DNA of 43,574 nt, taken from Octopus sinensis. Lineage: Eukaryota. How positions within the stretch are numbered: position 1 is the first letter of the stretch; each line of letters starts with the position of its first letter. The translations under genes and the position numbers were made by a program. Positions 13,896 to 24,034 of this stretch are shown here, piece by piece. The stretch is taken from contig NW_021835076.1 in NCBI RefSeq assembly GCF_006345805.1, forward strand, positions 1 through 43,574. The letters run 5' to 3'. Below the pieces are notes generated by a model. That model made no database searches and was not told the DNA's origin. It was given only the letters and a program-made list of their open reading frames with translations.

Positions 13896-14312
13896 GAGAG
13901 AGGGAAATCGTAAAATATTGAGTTTTCTCGAATTTTTGCTTAATTAGGGGTGAAATTGAAAGAAATTTATATGCCATGACCGAATGGAATGTACTTGGAA
14001 AAATCATAGGTAAACTCCAATTGAAGAAATTGTGTGAGGTGTAAATCGTTATGTATTCATTTCTTTCTGTTTGCTCTGTATTTTTTTGAGTAGTGGTTTA
14101 AGGTACACTTGCAAAGAGAAAGTAGGAGAAATTATGGTAATAGCATGAGTGAAGCAGTTAAAATTAGAGAGGCAAATCGTAAAATATTTACTTTTCTCGA
14201 ATTTTTGCTTAATTGGGGGTCAAATTGAAAAAAAAACTTTATATGCCATGACCCAATCGAATCTACTTGTAAAAATCGTAGGTAAATTCCAATTGAAGAA
14301 ATTCTATATTGT
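13896..14312. repeat. Two diverged direct repeats, period about 270 bp
   Basis: GAGAGAGGGAAATCGTAAAATATT..TTCTCGAATTTTTGCTTAATT..ATGCCATGAC..CCAATTGAAGAAATT occurs at 13896-14040 and 14166-14312. Confidence 0.85.
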
Positions 14313-14580
14313 AGAATTGTATTAAAAAGGAACATGGGAACAGGCAGGGAAATCTGCCTTTTATCATAAGAGATATATATAAATACGTGTGTGAGTCCGT
14401 GTAAGTTCTCTTTTGATTTTAATTATTTTTAATTCTTCCTCTGAGGAAGGAGCTAGTTTCTAACAAAGATACAAATTCTATCGTTGAAGTGTTGATAATA
14501 CTTGTTTCCTGATGATGTTGGTATTGGTTATGATGTTGATAGAGTTGATGATGCATGTATATATATGTATATATATGATT

Positions 14581-14828
14581 AATAAATGCGCCCTTATAAG
14601 GCCTAGCCAGGCTCATGGGCCCGGTTTCCCGGTTTCGATGGAGTATATGTTCCCCAGCTGGACGGGACACCAGTCCATCGCAGCGATACTCATTTTTGCC
14701 AGCTGAGTGGACTTGAGCAACGTGAAATGAAGTGTTTTGCTCAAGAACACAACGCGTCGCCCGGTGAGGAATCGAAACCACAATCTTCCGATCATGATAC
14801 TGACACCCTAACCACTAAGCCACGCGCC
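14581..14828 (-). mobile_element. SINE-C
   Basis: Head GGCGCGTGGCTTAGTGGTTAGG..GGTTTCGATTCC (A/B boxes), core TTGAGCAAAACACTTCATTTCACGTTGCT..CACTCAGCTG; homologous to 26200-26405. Confidence 0.9.
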
Positions 14829-14835
14829 CCCACAT

Positions 14836-14867
<32 letters not shown>

Positions 14868-14939
14868 GATTCATATATACATATATATATATGTGTGTAT
14901 GTATATAACTATATATATATAATATATTCATACATACAT

Positions 14940-15015
<76 letters not shown>

Positions 15016-15165
15016 AGAAAGCTGGAACACAATAGATAAGTTCGACACACAACCAAAATCTGGTTCAGTAGTGGATTCCACTCCACTCTAGTATCGAGTG
15101 TAGTACGATGCAGGCCGCCTAACTCGGGATAGACTAGAGTGCCGAATACGAGCAAAGTAATAACA

Positions 15166-15212
<47 letters not shown>

Positions 15213-15559
15213 CAAACAGCAAACGTGTGGTATTCAAAGCTTAATAGGACATACACACGTTTCAGCGAAATCCCGAAATAATAAAGAAATTATTTCGACA
15301 ACTTGATGAAACGCGTGTATGTGTGTGCTATAAAACTTTGAATGCCTCACCTGTTTTTTGTTATTATGACTTTCTCAGTGCCTCTCCTCCCTCTCTCTCA
15401 GTCTATTTCTCTTTCTCTCTATATATATGGAAAGAGTGATAGAGAGAAAGAGAGAGGGGAAATAGAAAGGGAGAGAGAGAGTGCATAATAAATAGTAAAA
15501 AGTGGGAGGTATTTAAAGCTTTAGAGGATATGTACGCGTGTCACTTAAATGCCGAAATA

Positions 15560-15600
<41 letters not shown>

Positions 15601-16139
15601 CGTATGTGCGTGTGTACAGTGTCGTCTTAAGGTATAGGCACAATGAATGGTTACCTGGCGACTTAATGGTCTTAGGGACCTAGTTATGATCTATGTACAT
15701 TGTGGCTTGCTGTCAATAGATAAATACTGTAAGGCCCAGTGAATTGACTTGCACAGGACCAATAATGCTTGTTAAGACGGTTCTCACAATGCCGTTGCTG
15801 ACATTGTTCGCAGGGTAGGTAGTACTGTTGAATTTGGCGGGGTGGTGTTTGGTGTTGGTATTGGTACAGCTGCACGTAGTTAATTTGGTTGATGGCGGTG
15901 TTGCTGGTGTTGATGGTAGTATCAGTTTTGTTGTTGTTTTTGTTGTTGGTGGCTGTGCTGGTGGTGTTCGTGTTGATGGTGCTTTAGAAGTTTCGCCGGG
16001 AACCAGCTTTGTCAGACTGATTCATAATCCCAATAACCAGCAAGACTTTCTTTTCTGTGCGAGCGAACACGTGTGTGTGTGCGTGCGTATGTGCGTGTGT
16101 GCATATGTGTGCATGTCTGTGTGTGTGAGTGTACGTACC

Positions 16140-16420
16140 TGTACACCTACCCACCTATACCTACCTACCTACCTACCTACCTACCTACCTACCTACCTAC
16201 CTACCTATCTATCTATCTATCTATCTACCTACCTACCTATCTACCTGCCTACCTATCTACCTATCTACCTATCTACCTACCTATCTACCTACCTACATAC
16301 CTACCTACCTACATATCTACCTGCCTACCTTCCTACCTACCTACCTATCTACCTACCTACCTACCTACCTACCTACCTACATACCTACCTACATACCTAC
16401 ATGCATACATACATAATACA
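16140..16420. repeat. (CCTA)n/(TCTA)n tetranucleotide tract
   Basis: Directly visible. Confidence 0.95.
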
Positions 16421-16426
16421 TGATGG

Positions 16427-16630
16427 CTGCCCCCTCGTTATCGATTATGGCCATTGTACGAAGCTTAACTGTTACTGGTGCTGTGATCGAATGTGACTTT
16501 TTAGCCAGGCTAAAGATCTACAATGTCTTGTACAGAATTGGCAGCTAAAACTTTTACCTGCAATAGCCTATTGTAGTTGTAACTGGGCTTCATATACCTT
16601 TGCATGTTGTTTAAGTCCTCCTGCCGAACA
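16427..16630 (-). mobile_element. RTE-clade LINE 3' end
   Basis: FSCQFCTRHCRSLAWLKSHIRSQHQ* (terminal C2H2-like finger typical of RTE ORF ends) followed by a short 3' UTR ending in GGGGGCAGCCATCATG and a microsatellite. Confidence 0.65.
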
Positions 16631-16863
16631 TACAAACATACATGCATGTACACCGAATGAGAGATACAAAGAATTTAAATTCGAATTTGAAATGCCTTAA
16701 ATTATGTTACATAGGACTTTAATAACTTGGAGAAGCGTGGAGGGCTACGATTTGGAGTGATGTTAAATTTGTGAGCTTGACAGTATCAAGTTCGCAGAAT
16801 TGAAAAGAATATTTCGTAAGAAACGAGATTAATATCAATATCGTTGCAAGACTTTCTCATTCT

Positions 16864-17125
16864 TTCTTTAAGTTTCTTTTATTCTTTTATTTGTTTCAAT
16901 CATTTGACTGTGGCCATGCTGGAGTACCGCATTTAGTCGAGCAAATCGACCCGAGGACTTATTCATTGTAAGCCTAGTACTTATTCTATCGGTCTTTTCT
17001 GCCGAACCGTTAAGTGACGGGGACGTAAAGACACCAGCATCGGTTGTCAAGCGATGTTGGGGGAACAAACACAGACACACAAACATACATACATACATAT
17101 ATGTATGTATATATGTATATATATA

Positions 17126-17171
<46 letters not shown>

Positions 17172-17182
17172 TATATATATAA

Positions 17183-17256
<74 letters not shown>

Positions 17257-17718
17257 ATATATATAATATATATATATATATATTGTATATATATATATAT
17301 TATATAATATATATATATATATTATATATATATATATATAACATTAATTAAGGGTAGAAATTGATATTTATCAATTAAAACCAGTGGTCTAGCATATTAA
17401 AAAAGAATCCGAAGATTAAAATATTTATATATACCAATTAAGGACTGAACACGAAAAGTGGACAGTCAACATGCTAGATATAGACATCAAATCGCCATTC
17501 TCCACAAAAGATTATGTTCTCAAATCAAACTCAGCATATATATATATATAAATACGACGGGCTTCTTTCAGTTTCCGTCTACCAAATCCACTCACAAGGC
17601 TTTGGTTGGCCTGAGGCTATAGTAGAAGACACTTGCCCAAGGTGCCACACAGTGGGACTGAACCCGGAATCATGTGGCTGGTAAGCAAGCTACTTACCAC
17701 ACAGCCACTCCTACGTCT
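16864..17718 (-). mobile_element. SINE-A split by an expanded internal (TA)n and a 190-bp insert (about 17342-17535)
   Basis: 5' half at 17552-17718 and 3' half at 16864-17090 are both homologous to 28352-28761. Confidence 0.9.
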
Positions 17719-17980
17719 TGTTTTTTTTTATATACAAAAGTATGCATGTCTCATGATAGTATAAGATTGCACCAGCGTGCACATGTAAGTAAAACATACA
17801 TAAAATATTGGAATTTCATTCCGGGTGACTAGATGTAATGCAATGTCTGTTAAGAAAACCTGCAATTCATGTGAAGGATTGATTGAACATTCATAAGAAA
17901 CAAGCGAAAAATGGAGCCAATGCTGCAGTGAGACATTGCCGCAGTATATGTTTGCAATCAGCTCTTCAAACGTCTTTCAG

Positions 17981-18042
17981 GGTTCAAAAGTATTTTAAAA
18001 TTTCACGCTTGGGAAGAAGAGCTGAAACTCTGCAAGGAGCAG
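17981..18042 (+). other. Candidate 62-nt coding exon of an unidentified gene
   Basis: Pyrimidine-rich acceptor CTCTTCAAACGTCTTTCAG and donor CAG|GTAACC. Open frame (x)FKSILKFHAWEEELKLCKEQ ends on a codon boundary. No partner exons found. Confidence 0.25.
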
Positions 18043-18118
18043 GTAACCACTTTGTATTCATATACCAGCATCTATGTCCAGATTATATCTATCTCTCTAT
18101 GTATCCATCTCTATTCAT

Positions 18119-18158
<40 letters not shown>

Positions 18159-18239
18159 TATATATATATATATATCTATATATATTATATATATATATAT
18201 ATGCATATATATGTGTGTATATATATATGTATAAAATCA

Positions 18240-18500
18240 TATCTATGCCAATAATAATTGGTCCACGCGGTTTTGTGAGTAAATGCTTAAGTTACAATCT
18301 AAACAAGTTTGGGTTTCCAGAAAAAGAAATCAATCAGCTAACTCACGCATTACAAATACAATCCGTGAGTGGAACAGTAAAAATGTGAATTTGTTTTTAG
18401 TTATCTACATTCCAACAATGGAGCTTTGTATATTTGTTAGGAACCAGCCCTTATACATGGAGCCCCTTTACACATACGTTAAAGGTTAGAATGATCCCCC
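18240..18500 (+). mobile_element. Restriction-like-endonuclease LINE (R4/Dong-like) 3' end
   Basis: MPIIIGPRGFVSKCLSYNLNKFGF..LQIQSVSGTVKM* matches the C-terminus of R4/Dong-type ORFs (PIVIGALG.V...LQ....GT..I). Flanked by TA-rich repeats. Confidence 0.6.
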
Positions 18501-18648
18501 AGTTAGCGTTTTTTAAATATCTCTAAATACAAAAAACTCATTAATATAAAATATACTACACACATAACAAACACACCCCTACATACATAAATAAAAGATA
18601 TATATATGTAATGTATGTATATAAGTATGAGTGTGTGTTTGCTCGCGT

Positions 18649-18695
<47 letters not shown>

Positions 18696-18715
18696 GTATT
18701 TGTATATGTATATGT

Positions 18716-19785
18716 GTCTATTGTTGTTGTTTTTGTCTCATTTGGTCTAAAGTCGTATGACAACCACCGTTATATATATTTTGTTTATTCATTACTGTTT
18801 TCAATTTCGTTTTCGTCTCTTGTATTCACATCCGTCTTGTGCGTTCACATTCCTGTCTTCTACCAAAAATCTAATGCTTACAGCTTAGTTTTTTTTCTTG
18901 GGGCTGGCCGAGTTGGAGCAATATCAGAATTGAACAGCCGAAATTTGCTATGATGATTCGGTGTCTGACTGAAGATTGAAGGCTTCGAATGATTTGTCTG
19001 TGTTCCGTGTTCGTCCCTTCCTGTATTTCACTTCATTATATATAAAAACATTCATTCTTATATTATTGCGGCGTTACGTGCACCCCCCCCCCGTTTGTTT
19101 GTCCAATTTTAAACCCTGCACGACTTCTATACACACTGTCTTTCCTACCCGCCATTGCTTCTTCACCAACTTTTTGGCGCCCTCCGATTCTTCCCCTCTC
19201 TTCCTCCCATCCTCCTCCCCTCTTCCTCCCATCCTCCTTAATCCCTTCTTTCTCCTTTTCTCTTGGTCACTGATTCTGTCCCCTGCCTTCCACCCTCTTT
19301 GATTCCCTCTCTCTCTGTCTCTCTTTCTCTCTCTCCTGCGACCTGCTGCTTCTTAAACCATTCTGTTGGCCTTCGTATCTCGACCAACATGTGTCCCCGC
19401 TACCGAAACGGTAATTATTTCTACGCCAGCTATGTTGTTGTTGTTGTTTTTGTCTCATTTGGTCTAAAGTCGTATGACAACCACCGTTATATATATTTTG
19501 TTTATTCATTACTGTTTTCAATTTCGTTTTCGTCTCTTGTATTCACATCCGTCTTGTGCGTTCACATTCCTGTCTTCTACCAAGAAATCTAATGCTTACA
19601 GCTTAGTTTTTTTTCTTGGGGCTGGCCGAGTTGGAGCAAATATCAGAATTGAACAGCCGAAATTTGCTATGATGATTCGGTGTCTGACTGAAGATTGAAG
19701 GCTTCGAATGATTTGTCTGTGTTCCGTGTTCGTCCCTTCCTGTATTTCACGTTCATTATATATAAAAACATTCATTCTTATATAT
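18716..19785 (+). mobile_element. Tandem about 350-bp direct repeats around a pyrimidine-rich spacer; Penelope pseudo-LTR-like structure
   Basis: 18716-19070 is nearly identical to about 19432-19785. Each copy has CTGACTGAAG..CTTCGAA (hammerhead-like, degenerate). Flanked by (TA)n. Confidence 0.5.
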
Positions 19786-19856
19786 ATACATATATGTACA
19801 AATTAAATAGATATAGCAATATCTCCATCTATCTCTATCTATCCATCTCTATTCAT

Positions 19857-19896
<40 letters not shown>

Positions 19897-19901
19897 GCAT
19901 A

Positions 19902-19932
<31 letters not shown>

Positions 19933-20036
19933 GTATGTATATATGCATATATTTATGTATATATATATATGTATATATATATATATGTATATGTATATAT
20001 ATATATGTATATATATATGTATATGTATATATATAA

Positions 20037-20067
<31 letters not shown>

Positions 20068-20839
20068 TGTATGTATGTATGTATGTATGTATGTATGTAT
20101 GTATGTGTGAGTGTGTGTGTGTATGAAAGGGGTACATATAAATACATATAAATACATACACATGTGTTATGTGTGATAGCTGTTAGTTAAAGGAAAGGGG
20201 CTATACAGGAGTTGCTGGTGTCTATTTGGGCGGTGGTGAACATTAGCAGTCTTTGATATAGTTTACACCTCCTCACCACCATGCTTTCACTTACTTACTA
20301 CATCACATCCATATTATATTTTACGATTTTTATTACTGAGGAATGAGGAAAGCATAAGATGATCGCAATGATGATGATGATGATGATGATGATGTTCATG
20401 ATGATGGCGACAACGACAACGATGATGACGACGACGAGGCTGATGATAATGATGATGATGATGACGGTTGCGGCTAAGACAACGATGAGGAATAGACTGG
20501 TTTTGTGTAGGAATGGAAAATGATCAAAGCGTTAGAATAGAAGAGAGATGGGGAGAAGTGGAAAGGAAAGGCGGGGGAAAGGGAAGTAGGAGAAAAATGA
20601 CTAAGAAACAGAAGGAATAAAATAACAGATTAAGGAGCTGGGTGAGAAGGAAGTCACATATGGAAGAGGGGCGTAGTATGTAGAATGGTGGTGGTAACAC
20701 TAGTGTTAAACTAGTGTTTCTGACGGTGTCGTTCCCATAATGTCATGGCTTATGTTTGTGGAGTAGTGTTGGATGTTATGGTGTATAGGTAGAAGTGGTG
20801 TCGAATGCTGTTGTTCTTAAGGCCCACTTCAGTATTGAA

Positions 20840-21830
20840 CGAATAGAATACGCTCAAAATTGTTCCCACCGTGACCGTCCCAATTTTTCCCTATGTTTAG
20901 TTTACTAGGGACCTCGGATCATTTCGGTTTGAACGGCAGTTTTTTTTCTAGCGGTGTCATATGAAATTGTCACCCATAATTATGACCCTAGTATCGATCT
21001 ATTGCATTTCAATGTTTTAGGGTTAGGGTTAGTTAGGGTTAGGGTTAGGGGTGGGGGAAGGGTATCTTTTTTTTCTTCACAAATGTAAATAAACCCAATC
21101 TGTTTCTTAAACGAGGGACATATTCATACGGCACAGAATGTTGTTTACCTCAATGGACGTCAGTGATTGGTTGAAATTGCAGAAATTGAAGAAAAAAAAA
21201 CAACAAATATCTTACAAACTATAGAATTTTCTCAATAAAGCCAAGAGAAAAAGAAGTTTTATAAACACATTCTACCAGTATACGAAGTTTATAAGTGTTT
21301 AGTTACGTGGAAATTATTTTAAAAAACTGCCGTTCAAACCCAAAAGATCCGGGACCTCATTATCTAACGCAATGTTTTGGCGGTACGTTCAGTTAGAGGG
21401 ACATATATCTGTTGCTTCTAGCATACCTAGCGACCACATGGAGCTCATGAAGGCCTCCTTGTTGGCTTGTGATGGTGGTAGTGGCGGTGCAGTCATGGCA
21501 ATGCTTGTGTAGTAGCGTAAGTGGTGTTGAACTTGAGAGGTGGAGCTCACGGTGTATTTATAGAAATAGCGCTGGATACTTTCAGTACTGAACGAGTAGA
21601 CCAAGGAACGAAATGGTTCCCACCGTAACCACCCCAATTTTTTCCTGTATTCAGCTAACATGGGGCCACATTATCAAATGCAATATTTTGTTGGTACGTT
21701 TAATTAGAGGGATATATATATCTGTTATTTCTAGCACTTTAAGCGACCACATGGGGTAGTACAGGCTTCCTCCTTGGCTTGTTGTGGCGGTGGTGATGGT
21801 GTAATGGTAACGTTTGTGTGGTAGCATTAG
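20840..21830. repeat. Diverged about 310-bp tandem repeat (about 3 units)
   Basis: ATTATC..GGTACGTT..TTAGAGGGA..ATCTGTT..CTAGCA..GCGACCACATGG at 21359 and 21670. TTCAGTA(T/C)TGAACGA..TTCCCACCGT..CCCAATTTTT at about 20828-20890 and 21580-21645. Confidence 0.8.
20916..21350 (+). mobile_element. MITE with about 29-bp TIRs, 8-bp TSD (GGGACCTC) and internal (TTAGGG)n; Merlin-like by inference
   Basis: TIR GGATC(A/T)TTTCGGTTTGAACGGCAGTTTTT..AAAAACTGCCGTTCAAACCCAAAAGATCC. TSD at 20908-20915 and 21351-21358. Confidence 0.9.
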
Positions 21831-22406
21831 TAGTGGGGAAGTGTGGTGGTGGTGGTGGTTGGGGGGGCTCGCATAATGGTAGTTATAGTAACGATGCCGT
21901 CAGTGTGGAGTGGGGTGGGCAAGAATGGTATAGTAGGCAAGAAGTGGGTATAGGAAGCAGGGGTGGTAGCATGGCGGCAAGGAATGGTATGGTGGGCAGG
22001 GAATGGCAAACGTTCTATTATTTCCCAGAAGTCGTCGTTTCTTGAGGAATGCTTACCAGATGTTCTCCATCTTTCGCGCCCAACCTCCACCCTCCCTCAC
22101 GAGCAACCGCCACCACCACTACCACCATCAATAGAGCCTCCGTCGTTGCCGCCGCCAGTTACGACTACCTTGTCTTCAACTCACGTGACACCCATATCCC
22201 ACCCCGTATGAACCCAGTTTTAGTCAAACCCCTACCACGTGCTTTATTCCTCTCCCCGTTCGTCCCTCTTTTTCTCGTTCTCACACACACACACATTAAC
22301 ACACATACACACACACATGTATATATACACGTACACATGCATGTAAATATGTCAATATGTATATATAATATATATATACATACATACATACATATATATA
22401 CATACA

Positions 22407-22442
<36 letters not shown>

Positions 22443-22698
22443 TATACATATATATATACATACATACATACATACATATATATATATATATGTATATATA
22501 TATATGTATATATATATATAAACGCACAGAGGCATACACATACATAAATGTACGCATACATTCATAAATGTAAATATATGAATACACATATATTTATATT
22601 CTTCAGTTTATTGCCGTTCTTGTTGTCTTTGTTATAATTGTTTCCTTACTTCGTATTTTTCTCGTTATCTGTTTCGATAAGAAACTTACATATGTGCA

Positions 22699-22759
<61 letters not shown>

Positions 22760-22886
22760 ACACATGCATGCGTGCTACATATTTATTTATATATGTATCT
22801 TTGTGCGTATGTATGGATGTATGTACCTATGTATTTATAAAGATAGCTAGATAGACAGTTAGCTAGCTAAATAGAGAGATGGATAG

Positions 22887-22920
<34 letters not shown>

Positions 22921-23022
22921 AGGAGCGACTGAAGTTGGGAGTGAGTGTTTGGTGTATGATACTTATGAATATATATATACGCATTTGTATGTATGTCAAT
23001 CTCTCATTCTTTTCCTTCTTTC

Positions 23023-23086
<64 letters not shown>

Positions 23087-23094
23087 TACGAATA

Positions 23095-23410
23095 TATGAG
23101 TACCACCTCGACCCAACTGCTTCTGCATTATCCTAAACCTCCACTGGAGTATTTTTCCTTACGAAGACTGAAGTCCTTGAATAAGGCGGAAATCAACAAC
23201 GGCGTGGCCATGTTCTTCAAGGGACAACCACACTGAGTCTGTTTCCAAGATGGTGGATCATCGTCTACCCAAGATTGTGTTGTATTACGAGTTCTGCTCT
23301 GGCAACCATGGGAGAGGGCACCTCAGCCATGTACAAGTTCCTTTTTGGTGCTTGTTACATTGGCCATCGCCAGAAGTCTGCAATGACCACCAATCACGAG
23401 GCTTGGAGAA
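23095..23410 (+). mobile_element. RTE (BovB-like) LINE RT C-terminal fragment
   Basis: TEVLNKAEINNGVAMFFKGQPH*..VSKMVDHRLPKIVLYYEFCSGNHGRG resembles EVL..A.I.SIEAML.K.QLRW.GHV.RM.DHRLPK.VLY.EL. Confidence 0.75.
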
Positions 23411-23429
23411 ATATCAATCTTTTACATCT

Positions 23430-23537
23430 TTATCTTTTACTGCAGCCATGCAGGGAAACCTCCTTGGAGGGTTTTAGTCGAACAAATCGACCCCAGGACT
23501 TATATTGTAAGCTTAGTACTTATTCTATCAGACTCTT
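23430..23537 (-). mobile_element. SINE-A 3' fragment
   Basis: Reverse complement of GATAGAATAAGTACT..GGGGTCGATTTGTTCGACTAAA. Confidence 0.7.
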
Positions 23538-23599
23538 ATACACACACACGCACACACACACACACACAGACAGACACACACACACACACAAGCACACAC

Positions 23600-23976
23600 A
23601 CAAACATTAGTAATAATTAGGGAATTAGTAATAATAGTACACCTCTCCAACATGACGACTGGAATGACCAGTCACTATAAGTAAGGCGACGTCTGCCAGT
23701 ATCGAGAGTGCTTAGAGTACGAGAGTGCATGTTAGACTGTGATGTTAGTCGTGTTTGTACTGATCTAGTAATTATACTGCGATACTGAGTGTCGGGCGTT
23801 ATAACGATCCGACCTTTTGAGGATAATAACTCTGTATGACTTGGGGTCGAACAGTGCCAGATAGAAACATCTATCGATAACTTCGGAATATAACAATATC
23901 TGTCAGAGCGACAACCTTCGTACAAGACAGATACAACAGTGGCAACAGACCGCTTTATAACAGTGACGACAAGGAT
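23600..23976 (+). mobile_element. Probable Gypsy 5' LTR remnant and primer-binding site
   Basis: Ends ..ATAACA followed by GTGACGACAAGGAT (23963-23976; TGGCGACGAG-like PBS), directly upstream of gag. The 5' boundary is uncertain. Confidence 0.45.
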
Positions 23977-24034
23977 TCAAACAACTCAACGAGGATTTAA
24001 ACAGCCCGACGAGGTTTAAACAACTCTCGAGAAG

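Noticed and set aside
21017-21063. True telomere or chromosome-fusion site
   Set aside because: Only about 5 TTAGGG units, inside a TIR/TSD-bounded MITE present three times.
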